Shown here: positions 50,774 to 63,040 of the stretch, one piece after another
How positions within the stretch are numbered: position 1 is the first letter of the stretch
How the letters are laid out: every line of letters starts with the position of its first letter
NCBI GenBank assembly: GCA_038496445.1
Contig: JALMLS010000378.1
Coordinates: 124,001-188,000, forward strand
DNA: 64,000 bases
Source: Trichosphaerium sp. ATCC 40318
Lineage: Eukaryota > Protista > Tubulinea
Direction: 5' to 3'
Position numbers and translations under genes: made by a program
Notes under the pieces: model-generated
What the model was told of the DNA's origin: nothing
Database searches by the model: none
What the model saw: only the letters and a program-made list of their open reading frames with translations

Positions 50774-51217
50774 AGTACTAGAAAATACTTCAATTAACCT
50801 ATAATCTGGCTACAGTCGCGTTTATAGCTATTCAGAAGCGACTTCTGTCAACTCTTCGCCACTTTGAAGTTTCTTTGATAAGTGAGGCGTGTTTAAGTCA
50901 ATATCAATTACCTAAAAGCTGTGCTCACGAACGGTTTTCGATAAAACTCAACAATAAGAACATATCTCATACGATGAATAAATTATTACGCCCCCCTTGA
51001 GAGCCTGTCATTTCCTAAACCTTTAGCAAGTGAAGCTGCTTTTGCTCACGTGCGAATCTAAAAGTCTACTTCCACGCCACAAAACAAAGTGTGGTAGTGA
51101 GTGGGGTAGAGATGCACGGCCTTGAATGTTCCGTACCATGAAAAACAAAAGCAGGTTGCATCGGGTCAATGAGCGGTCAATTAAGTGTTGTACTTATAAA
51201 ACCAAAAATAGCTCAAC

Positions 51218-52263
51218 ATGACACAGTTTCTTACAGACGATATTGTTTATGAACTGTCAAAATTCCTTCCTGTATCATCTATTGGTGCATTACGTAGTAT
51301 TTGCAAGCAGACGTACACTTTGCCGATAACAAAAAAGGATTTGTCTAAAAAACGCGTATTTGATAGCACAAGGTATAAGAATCCTTCTATGGTGCTCAAC
51401 GTGTTCGAGAAAGCGGCTTTGAGAAATATAACCATAAACAAAGCAGATTTCGTTGAAAATGATATTCTATGCTCCACAATAGCTGCTTGTGGCGAAACTT
51501 TAAGAAATGTGGCTATTTATTCACTGATAGACACAAATGAAATATTACCTTTACTAACAGCGTTAAGTAGCTGTAAGAGGTTGTTAGACGTTAAACTGAG
51601 CGTCCAAACCATTCTAAACGTAGACGATATCATAGCAAACGTAAAAACAGAGCAACTCACTCTTATCGATACCGTAGTGACAGTAGAAGATATGGTTGCA
51701 TTATCACGGCATTACCTTAAACTCAAAGTAGACAAACTCACATACAAGCCTGGAGATGGCGTGCTCTTCGGTTCTGAGAGAAAACCAGACGAACTAGTAG
51801 TGGCATATGTAGGTCCGTTCAATATCTTTTCACGTGTTTTGAAAAAAAAACCTAACGTTTTCTTGTTAACTTGTTTCTAGTACCTGGGGAACCATGGTGG
51901 GCACCCAGGGCGCGCCTTGCAGAATATCTTTATTATAAGGACTCAAATTACGATGATAGAAACGCTGTTAATTGCACTATGGTTAGTAGTATTGTGCAAG
52001 TCATCTGTTACGATGATCTTGTTGCTATGGACTGTAATGGGAATTCATTTCAAGATTTCCGATTGGATTTTGATCAGATACCAGCGTTTAAGAAAGTTGA
52101 TTTTAAGAACAAGTCTGGTAGGAATTACATACCGGTTTATGGAGAGTTTTTTGGTGTTCTTTGGTGCTTTGAATACGACGATATTAAATCAGAATCTTTC
52201 CTTGTTTTTCAGGTTGATGAACCTGCGAATTGGTCTGATGTAGCTCTTGTAGAGACGTTGTGA
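51218..52263 (+). CDS. F-box domain protein, 2 exons
   Basis: FLTDDIVYELSKFLPVSSIGALRSICKQTY; intron from about 51812 to AG at 51880 links to the second ORF. Confidence 0.65.
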
Positions 52264-52810
52264 ATATTAAATAAAGAAAATGTGAACTTTTGTACGGGAG
52301 TCAAAAAACTGATTTGTCAAATTGAAATAGTTTCATTACTTGTTTTTTCACCACTCCTACTGTCAAGTGGAATGCTAGATGGACCGTGCAAGCTGTGTAA
52401 TATGTGCTGAGGGGAAGGTATAAAAACGGAATATAATAAGAAAACCCAGTTAAAGTACAGTCTCCTTTCGTTAAGATTGAGAAGGCTTTATTACAATACT
52501 CCTTAGAATAACGCTATCTTAATGCTCGATGATGAAGCGCTTGTGACCACTTCCTTCGCAGCTAGGCCTAAACGGTTATGGTAAAAAGAGTCAGTATTTC
52601 CAACGTATACAATTGCTCACAACCTCGGTAAACGTGTTGCACACTTACACACACGCAAATGACGTGTCAACCTATTCCTATTGACTGCTCTTGTAATAAG
52701 GTTACAGCCTTATTCGACTTGACGTAGTAGGTAGAGCGAAATTCCGTTCAAAGAAAACTAAGCCAAAAAGTGCCAATAATACTATTTTATTGTTTTCATT
52801 CACTGCAAAA

Positions 52811-53909
52811 ATGAGCGAAAACAACAACACCTCCTCTGAATGCTTTGATATCTCTTTTGTAGATGATCAAATTTTGGTAACAATTAACGGACAGCCAACG
52901 TTTATTGACACTGGTGCGAATTAGAACGCATTAAACCACTTTCTAAGGTTATCTATAAAGGCGCTCACGTCTCCATTGGGTCTACAAAGGAAATTAAGCT
53001 TCTTGGAGATGTACACACTCTAAGCGGTCATTATATCGGTAAAACATGCGCTGAATTGAGTAAATACGTAGGAAAAGAGTTCACACAGCTTCTTGGTACG
53101 TTTTAACATCGTCGTTAATGTCAACAGTTTCTGTTAACCGCAAGCGCCACTCTTACGCAATGATATTGCTAACAACGCCCGGAAGGCACCAACATACTAC
53201 GCAACTATTATTTTGAGCTACAATGGGTTAAAGCTACCCTGACGCTACACAAACAAATCCCTAGCACTGTTAAAGCAACTTATAAGAAGATACCTCTTCT
53301 TCCTGTTGATGGCATTCCACATATTGAGTGTGTTGTAGGAACAGTGCCAGGACAATGTTTTATTGACACAGGTGACTTTCTTTTCTTTCTTTTTTTTTTT
53401 GAGTTTCACTTTTTTTTCGTCCAAAAAAAAACCCACGTGCGCAAGGTTATTGCAAAGTACATTGTAAAAATCATATTTTTTGTTTTCTTTTGTACCTTTT
53501 CGCACTACATTGCATGGTGTTGACATTTTACTCCGAAAGCTGTTTTTTTTTCTTTTGCATTTCATCTTTTTTTTATACTGTTCTGAGCTCTTATATTATT
53601 ATGGTAGGCGCTCCAATTTCATATATTAGAAGTGATATAGCTAGGAGATATAAAAGTAGAAAGTTGCCTAACACTAAAGAAGACTTTTATCCTGGTTTTG
53701 GTACATTCAATACTGAATTGTATTCCATCCCTGTTGTTATTGGAGATATTACACTTTCTTTTAATTTTGGAGTACTTCCATCTGAACTAGAGGATGGTAT
53801 GTTAGTAACCCGTATTGGAGTACTTGGTAGCGATCTTTTTAAGGGTTGTAAAGCCGTTGGATTCGACCTTATAGAGTACAACTTGTATATTCTTCCGAAG
53901 AAAACCTAG
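52811..53909 (+). CDS. Two-domain retropepsin-like (clan AA) aspartyl protease, 4 exons
   Basis: FIDTG-A...LLG.NIL then FIDTG-A...GVLGSDLF; three phase-1 GT-AG introns. Confidence 0.8.
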
Positions 53910-53979
53910 ATGTATATTCTATCTAAGTCAGTTTTTATAATTGTCAAGCAACAGTGTTTATCATGATGAAGGCCCCAGT

Positions 53980-54778
53980 TTATGGGTTTCTTATCAGTTC
54001 ACCTTTGAAATACTTTTCTTGTACAGCGGTATTTCCGTGTTCATCTAAACCAATAAACAACCCATGTTTCTTGTCATTGTACATAAATACAGCGCTCTCA
54101 GGTCTTCCATTATCATAAAAAGTATGCTTGGGACCTTGTTGAAGACCATTGATCATATTTACTATCAACCTTAGGCCACCATTAGGATAAAAAAAAGCAC
54201 AATCACCGTTTTCTATTCCTTCAATCAGAAACGTCTTCAGCTTGAGTGTACCATCAGGGTACCATTCGCAAAACTCTCCAGTCTGTTTATCATTAAGGTA
54301 AGCAGATCTAAATTGTACTACTTCTCCATTCGGGTACCACTGTATACTATCACCATTGGCGATACCATTTATAAATGTTGCTTCAAAATGCTTGACTCCA
54401 TCTTTGAAACTTGTGTATTTCCCATCAAATTGTCCTTGAGTCATGTTTACCTCATAGTCAAGTTGTCCATTATCATGATAGCATTTGCAAATACCATGCA
54501 CTGCACCGTGTACGTATACTGTCTCAAAATGGACTGTACCATTTTGATGCCATTTAAACCACGTTCCATGTCTTTGCATGTTCACATCAAACCCATTTTC
54601 TAACGCATTTGTCTTTGACAGCAAATTCCTGAGAAAAAAAAAAAGACAGTCAATCACGTGACAACAATTATTTGGTAAAACTGTAAAGAGCCGTTACATA
54701 CCATTTGGTGAAGGTCTCAGCGTCATATGAGCTTATGAGTTGGTGTACTTCATTCGGGAGTTGTACAGGAACATCCAT
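53980..54778 (-). CDS. MORN-variant (YwqK-like) repeat protein with F-box-like N-terminus, 2 exons
   Basis: MDVPVQLPNEVHQLISSY, then repeats such as HG.CKCYHDNGQL, GEFCEWYPDGTL, GPKHTFYDNGRP. Confidence 0.78.
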
Positions 54779-55240
54779 TTTTAGTTTCTAATCACAACTC
54801 AATCAGGAATTATGTAGCGTTGATAACTGACTAAAGATTACGTACAGAGTAACTTTGTGTATTTTGTTTTACTTTCTTTTGAGGTGGTTCACTGTTTTTG
54901 CTTTAAAGCGTCAATAGAGCTTATATAAGGTTATATAAGACGTACTTTGTGTTAAACATGATAGTTAACCTGTTATTTGTATCGATTGGTTAGAATTTAA
55001 GATTTCTATCGCAAGAGTGACAAATTGGTTGAAAAGTGTTGAAAACTTGACATTTTACCAGTTCACACACTTCGTGATAGGTACAGCTGTGTTCAAAATT
55101 TGCTGTGTTAAGCTAGTAGGGACTTTTTGTTACATTCGTTGTTTGTTACAAAGTTTTTTACGCCTTACAGTTATAATTTCTTGTTTACGCGTTTTTTGAA
55201 CAATTCTAATACTTCGGGAAGGTTTACCCGCGTATTTGAG

Positions 55241-56408
55241 ATGGGACCTTGCGCCAGAATCACTACAGGCTTTTTTCTCTTTCTAGCCGTGCTAATAGCG
55301 CTACGGTTAAAGGATTTGCGCACTTTTGACGCGCTGAGAACTGATACTCGCGCATGGAAGACATGTAAACGTGTTGAAGGCGTCATTGCGTCAGAAGACT
55401 TTGTAATATCATACAAGAACGACATCAGTACGAACTAATTTCTGTGAAAGCCTGGTTTAAAACGTCTGTTTAGTCTACGTCTCGTCAGCGAATCTCTCTC
55501 AGGCTATAGAAGGAGGTGCTGCCCATGGTAATATATACTTATTCGATGGAGAGAATGCAAAGGCGCTCTCTATAAAAGGGTATAAGGTAATACAATTTTT
55601 TTTTCACAACGTTTTTATTCGTTTTTCTCTCTGAGTCTTGTAGGGAAAGGATTTTGCCCCACATGGCTTGTCGCTCACGGAGGAAGATGGTAAAGAATAC
55701 TTACATGTCGTAGACCACGGATACAATGAGGCAAAGCAAGCTATTGTCATTTTCTCTGTTGATTTGGAAAAAAACGAAATAGAACAAATTCAGGCTGTCA
55801 CTTCTCCTCTCTTTAGATCCTTGAATGCTGTCCGTGCTATATCACCTAAAGAATTTTATGCAGTCAATGATAACTACTATGGCATGCCTGATCCTCCTGT
55901 AATCGCTATTCTCGAAAATCTATTAGGTGTTTATTGGGCTTCAGTTGTTCATTGGAAAGAAGGACAAGATGCGAAGATTGTCATTGATAATGTACCTTCA
56001 GGTACTTATGGTATAGAGTATGCTAATGGTAAGGTATTTTTACCGCATTTAATGCGTGGGAGTATCAGTCAGTATGATGTAGTTTCCGGTATGATGGAGT
56101 ATGAACTTGCTAAAATTGGAACAGGTCCAGATAATCTTCATTTCGACCCTCAAGGTCGATTGTGGACTGGGTCGCATCAAAGTGTACTTAATACTATAAT
56201 ACATCTTGCTACGGGTGCACCAACTTCAGCGGAAGTGATTTATATACAAACAAAAGGGGAAGATTTTGATTTAAGTCAAAATCCACAAATAGGTCGTGTT
56301 TATTGTTCTGACTCTGGTCCTGTTTCTGGTGTTTCTACTGGAGCAATTTTTAATGATAAACTTGTACTTGGAACCATGAGAGACGGATTTGCTGTTTGCA
56401 CTAAATAA
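55241..56408 (+). CDS. Paraoxonase/arylesterase (PON-like six-bladed propeller), 3 exons
   Basis: N-terminal signal anchor, C...G..ASED, FAPHG, LHVVDH, LNAV, FYAVND, PDNL, LWTGSH, LVLGT. Confidence 0.87.
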
Positions 56409-56846
56409 AAAGTAGCTAGAGCTTTAAACATTTTAGTGCTTCTGTTGTCATGCTGGTTACTCCGGCTGCTGTCCACTCTTGTCACTGTTCTATGCTGTAC
56501 TTCTAGGGAACCACTGAACAGAGTGTCATATTATAAGGTGAGGGACACGTGATAAACAGCATTTTATTTTGACATACAATAAATTCTCGCGCTTTTTTAG
56601 GGACGCTAAGTGTTGTTTATTCAATAACATATTTGTCGCGCCTTTAGCAAGATTCGTACAGGCTTGACAGCATTCTTCAATGGATGTGGTACCCACTCTA
56701 GTGATTTAAGTTGCTTGTGATTACGGTCCAGCTGAGTGTACACTTGAACGCCCATTTTCTTTGCTTTTGCTGACCTTCGTGAAAGTTTAAGTTAGCACTT
56801 AACCTTAATTGACGAGGTGAATTCCATCCACGCAAGACACGTCAAA

Positions 56847-59800
56847 ATGACTTTTCTCAAATGTGGCGTAATTTTTATGCTTGTTTTCGTCACATACTGT
56901 AATGCTGAAGCGCTACTGGAAGATCAAGAAAAATTTTCGCTATGCGCCATCTCAAAAGAGTTTGCGTTCATCTGGGAGCTAGATGAATCCCCTTCAGATT
57001 GGTTTGAGGTAATAATGTACACCCAAGGCATAGGGGAGCATGGACATAATAAAAACATATCTGTGGGCGTACAGGCGCGTAAATGATGGTTATTACAACA
57101 TTTCAACTCACAAAAGAACTTTCAACATCTTTTTTGACTCACAACGCATGGTTGTTCCTTATGGTTGTCCGGGGAAACCTACCATACCTATTCATAGCGA
57201 AATATATAAAATGACGCTTTACATGACATTTCTAATGCTGTTTCTAGCTTCAACAAGAACGAATGGGTTCTCCAGGCGATTGGATAGATATTGGTGAAGC
57301 TTGGCATTTAGTTCTTGAAGAAGATCTTGAACGTAATCTAAGAGAGTGGAACGTCAAGAAACAAGCAAATTGGACAGGTACAAAGCCATTCAAGAGGCTA
57401 AAATAAAACGTGTTTGACCTTTCGGGCTTTCTCAGTTACGATGGCTTATTTACGAGATTTTTAGATAGCGGATCCGCTCTAAGGTTCAGGTTCACAACAG
57501 AGGTACGTAACAACCCGTCACGTGGGTTTTTTTTTTGTCAAAAACTTAGAACGATATTTCGTATTCAAATACAGAAAAAAACCGTTTTGGGTTTTTTAGC
57601 CTTCGTAGCACGTGTTTAAAGGGTTTTTATCTATTTTTATTTTTTTGCCATTTAAAAGCTTACTTGTATAGAATGAAGAGCCTGTAGCTGTTTCTGCGGC
57701 TGTATTACAGCTAGGTGCTGTTGGACAACATCAGGTTCGCTTTAACAAGAGAAAAACCGACTTGAAAAAAAATTCGCTAAAGGGCTATCTTTGTAGGTCT
57801 GGATTGCTGGTGTTTTGCTTGTTGCTGTTTACATTCTTCTTGTATTTGAGTTAGTACATCGTACAACAGCTGCACTAATAGGTACAGTCTTTTTTTGGGG
57901 TCAAACCAAAAACGAAGAACTTTCTGTTTACTTTTTTTTTTCAATCTTATTTGCTTTCAACCATTCTCATGGTTTTTGTTTAAGGCGCTGTTGTGGGTCT
58001 AGTGATACTATCCATTTTGCGTGAGCGTCCATCAATCGCTGTGATTATCACATGGATCGGTACAATAAAGAATTTTTGCTTCTTCGAATACGTTGCTAAA
58101 AGATTGCCTTTAGATGAGGGTACCATTGGTCTTTTATTGGGTATGATGATTATAATCGGTGTATTCAGTACTACCGGGTTTTTTGAATGGGTGTACGTTA
58201 TTATCTAAGAGTTAGGAGGAGCTTATCAGAGACTTACTTTTTACTTAGTGCTATTAAGTGCTTTAAGTTAAGTCGTGGTCGCGTTTGGGTTCTTTTGACA
58301 GTTCTTTGTGTATCTACAGCGGTACTTTCAGCGTTTTTGGATAACGTAACAACAATGTACGTCATAGTGCGATCATTTTTCTCTAAGAACATTCTTGCCT
58401 GTGCTAGAGGCAATACTTCTTCGGATTCTTATTTTTTTCTTAGCATGCTTGTCGCACCTGTAACTCTTCGTCTATCACGTGTTGTTGACTTACCACCAGT
58501 CCCTATTATTCTAGCTGAAGTATTCTTCTCAAACATTGGCGGAACAGGTACACTATTAGAGGCAGCATTGGGTGTTCACTAAATCGTTTACAGCAACACT
58601 GATTGGTGATCCACCAAATATCATTATTGGTTCGATGTTAAGCAAGTACATCTCCTTTGCGGACTTTATTATCAATCTTGCTCCTGCTCTTATAATAGCA
58701 GCTCCATTTTGTTTACTATATTTGCGTATTGTTTTCCGTAATAAGTTACACGATAAGGTACAATCACAAACATCATTATCTGACTCATCCGTTTTTTTTC
58801 TTCGATTAATTTTTTGATATGCTGACTACATGTAGCATGTTGAAAATATGGATCAGCTCGAGAGAGAATACCGTATCACTGATATGCCTCTATTCATAAA
58901 AGTTTGCGTTGTATTGGTACGCTAAAACCAAGCATCTTTTTTGTTGTTAATGTTTTTTAAAGGGTACAGTAATTATCGTCTTCTTTATGGAACAAATCAC
59001 TCATATTGAACCTGCATGGATTGCTATGTCTGGTGCAGCAATATTGCTTATGATAGCTTCACCTCATGTACGTGATTCAATAATAACCCACTATCAGACT
59101 AAACAAGCAGCTAACCGGTTTTTTGTAGGAAGTTGAACACTTTCTTGAAAAAGTAGAGTGGAGTACACTTCTTTTCTTTGCTGGATTGTTCATATTCATT
59201 GAAGCTTTGAAAGAGATGGGTCTCATTAGATTCATTGGTACGTCATAACAACCCCACATATGAAAAAGGGTGGCAAACCTGTTTAGTGTTTTTAACTTTT
59301 TCGTAACTGTTTGTAGGTGATACCACTGCGTCTATTATTGGTTCTGTTGATGAAGAGCAAAGGCTTATGGTAGCAATTGTTCTTGTTATGTGGCTATCAG
59401 CAATAGTATCAGCCTTCATTGATGTACGCATTACTATGAATCAATCTCTCAGAAATCTTCAACAAACCATTCTAATCAAACTTCTAGAACATTCCTTACA
59501 CAGCTACAATGGTACCAGTCATTCTACAACTCGCTAATGATGATACACTTGGTCTACCTCTCAAGCCGTTGGCTTGGGCACTAGCTTTTGGAGCATGTCT
59601 AGGAGGCAACGGTACCATTATCGGCGCAAGTGCAAACGTAAGTTTTCAACAAAGTATTTTTCTTTTTTTTTTTTTGGGATTCAAAAAACACGTTTTTACT
59701 CACGTGTTTTTCTCTTGTAGGTTGTCGCTTTGGGTATTATGGATAGAGCTGGGTACAAGATTACATTCATACAATTCATGTTGTATGGTATGCCTATCAT

Positions 59801-59873
59801 GTTCATATCAGTTTGCTTTGCTACTGCTTACATGTTGGTTGTTCATTACAAACTTGGGTTTGATCAAGATTAA
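56847..59873 (+). CDS. OCA2: P protein/OCA2-like transporter (ArsB/NhaD/CitMHS, SLC13-type), multi-exon
   Basis: ELVHRTTAAL, TIGLLLGMM, SAFLDNVTTM, SNIGGTATLIGDPPNII, VEWSTLLFFAGLF, SAFIDNIPYTATM, ALAFGACLGGNGTIIGASAN. Confidence 0.9.
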
Positions 59874-60390
59874 TACAAAAGGTCGATGTGTACATCAAAA
59901 ATTTTAATACTTTTTTATGATATCATAAATTACGCTATTGTCCATCAAATAAATGATTAAATTACCATAATATCTGTCTGGTTCAAGTACTCCCTAAAGC
60001 TCCACTCTTTTTTGATTAAATTCCCTATGGTCGCTTGTTACAAACAGGTTTCAATGTGCCTTTTCTACCAGTATAAAATAGCAATACTAGTTCCATTATT
60101 AGGTTTGATTGTTGCAATGACTAAATCTTCCAGTGTCATATAAGCAAAATATTCTCGATTGAAGCGACAACAAGTGATGTATCAACAAATGTAGTATGTT
60201 ACTTGTCGACTTGCTGGTGTAATTTTCCACACCTGATGACACGTGCAGCAAGAAGGCGCGAGAATCCTAATACCTAAAATCCTTCTAACAGCACTTTATC
60301 AGTCGATCTCTGAGTTGTTAAAGTCAATCAGGGTCTTTTAAATTCGATCTTCGTGCAAACGCTTGAGCGCTACTATTGAACACCAACGAA

Positions 60391-62116
60391 ATGGTACGCG
60401 AGCTAGCGGTTTCTTTGTATTCAAATAATGGCGTTTTACAACTTCACACGTTATTATTCGATAAACATCGTTTTATACGACCGAGTTAACCCTACGAATA
60501 GTTTAACAATTACCGTGGGCAGCGATCATTCTCCCAAACCTTCAATGTTATCCCAATGGTAGCTAGACGGCCTAATCTAGAGGATGGCGGAAAAAGTATG
60601 TAAATAGAGCTAATTTCAGCGTATACCAAGCTGTTTTGTCTGGAATCCACAAATTAATTGTCGCATCGTTAGTTATCTTACCACCAAGCGCGTTGGAGCG
60701 TATCAGCCATTTAAATCTTGTTTGGCCTCTTCTCTTTGAACTCGCCAATCCTAAATTCCCAGACCGCCGCACACATTGTACGTACACTATACGCACTGAC
60801 TCGCTTCATATAATGCAATTCCGAAAACTTGACGTTTACAAATGTCTCTAGGTGGTGTACTTGAGTTCACAGCTGAAGAGGGAACAGCATACGTGCCATT
60901 ATGGGTATAACCACTTTCTTACTATTAAAATCAGTTTAATTCGCTTCTAAACGCGTAATATTATAGATGATGAACAACATACAGCTTGACGTTAATGACT
61001 ACGTTAAAATAAGTACAAGAGAGCTTCCTAGGGCGACATTTATAAAATTCCAACCACAATCTACGTCTTTTCTAGACATCACAAATCCAAAGGCTGTGTA
61101 CGTAGCGCAAAATACGCGTAGCTGATTTTTTTTTCTGTATTCTGGTCTTCAGGAGAAAACCATAATTTTTTTTTTGTTTTCTATTGTCCAAACATTCCTA
61201 ACTTTGTACCTCGTTTAGACTTGAAAATGTACTTAGAAAGTATGCTGCATTATCAAAGGGTGATATTATACTATTCCGTTATAACAATAAGGTACGATTA
61301 ATTGTTAAAACACACCGTCAACTGTTACCACTTGTTTTTTTTTTGATGTTGAAGTTTAATTTTTTTTTGAATAGGATTATCGCTTGTTGGTCTTGGAAGC
61401 CAAACCAGAGAACACTCATAACGCTGTATCTGTTATTGAAGTAGATCTTAATGTAGACTTTGCTGCACCAGTTGGTTATAAAGAACCTGAAGTCGCACAA
61501 CCAATGGTACAAACTCATACAAATACTTACCTGCCACATTATTCTTTTCGCCTTCTTTTCACTGAAACGAACCTCACTCACATGTGTTCATTTTATTCTG
61601 TTGTGCTAATATAAATAATAATATTAGGCTATTGATGGTGTTTCTGATGATGAAGAATCTGATAGCGAAGATGAATGGGAGAGAAAACGATTTGTTGTAT
61701 TCAATGGATCAGGACAAAGAATTTCAGGTAATTCACCACTTTCCTTGGATTTTTATGACTCTTTTTAATATTCTAAATAAATCTATAGGAAAACCTGTTG
61801 CATCCAGTGTTAAAACTAACCTTGCAAAGTACGCAACAAGCTAAAAAAAAAACACATCTCGAAAAAGAAAAAAAAAGCAAAAACATTTAATTATTTTTTT
61901 TTTTGGTTTTGTAGCTCCTTTGCGTTCTTATCTTTGGTTAGATCACCTCTTTCGCAATCTCCTTCACCATTAGATTGTCCACTTGATAATATGCCAGCAA
62001 GCCCAAGCAAATTTGTAGCTTTTGGAGGGAAGGGTCGAACTTTGGTGCGTTTTTCTTTTGGTTTTTTTTTTCTTCATTTGTCGCTTTACTTATTCTTGTA
62101 TCTTTAGAGGGACTAG
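60391..62116 (+). CDS. UFD1: Ubiquitin fusion degradation protein 1, multi-exon (start approximate)
   Basis: [75 protein letters not shown] boxes FNGSGQRI and [11 protein letters not shown]. Confidence 0.93.
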
Positions 62117-62528
62117 AAGTTTATCCTTTTTTTTCTTGAAGTATCTTATTAAAAAGAGTACCACTATTTTGTGTAAATGTACAAAGTGTTTATTGAACAG
62201 AGTAATCGAAACTTTCGGGTCATGTCATTAATAATAATAAAAAAATCCAAACGTCAATCAATGTCTGATCAGTCGTAAAAATCGCCGTTACCTTCAAAGA
62301 AGAAGGAGTGACATTGTCGCTATTGTATAGCTCATAAAAGGGATAATGTTAAGAGAAGGACGACTTAGTGTGCCTTGTATAGGCACAACAGAAAGGGACC
62401 GTTGCTAGCAAAAAATCACCCAGATCTTAGTGCTAGAAATTGCAGCTATATAAGTTTAATATTGGCATAGCTAGGAGGAGAGAATGATGTTGAAGATAGA
62501 AAGGAGAATGATGGTGTTTTATTAGATG

Positions 62529-62970
62529 TTAGAGCTCGTTTACCAAGACCGCAGTAAGACTTCCGTCAGCTAGTAGACCCTCTGCGAATGCAGTGTAAAT
62601 AAGATTAGCTTGAAGTGTAACATTAGGAACTGTAAGAGCAACAGTGTTGGTTCCAGCACTGCGAACTTCAAGGTCTACTGTTCCAGGACTCAATTCCAGG
62701 TATGTGGAAGCATTTGTGAAGCTGATGTTCTTGAACAATACAGGACCTCCTTTTACGGCAATATCAACAGCTGGAGCATCAGGAGACAAGTGAATGCAAG
62801 AAAAAAAACAGTAGGGTTTTGGTCGAGGAGATCCTATGCACGTACACTCTGAGGGAGTCTGTTGTCATCCATGAAACCTACAGGACGAACTGCAGTGAGT
62901 TTTCCTACAGCAGTTACTGTGATAACTAGATTGTTGCTTGTATCAAAATTGCTTTGTGAAGACAATTAGA
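62529..62970 (-). pseudogene. DUF4397-domain protein, C-terminal remnant
   Basis: IHLSPDAPAVDIAV.GG.VLF.NISF...STYLEL.PGT.DLEVR.AGT...YTAFAEG. The upstream part ends at a poly(A) block, and no clear AG acceptor precedes the last exon. Confidence 0.65.
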
Positions 62971-62983
62971 AGTTAGACAAAAA

Positions 62984-63040
62984 TTTTTTTTTGTTTTTTT
63001 TTTTTTTTTTTTTGTTTTTTTTTGTTTTTTTTTTGTTTTT
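62984..63040 (-). repeat. Interrupted poly(A) tract (A-runs separated by C) on the minus strand
   Basis: (T)nG runs on the plus strand, directly after the stop of ORF 63039-63308. Confidence 0.85.
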
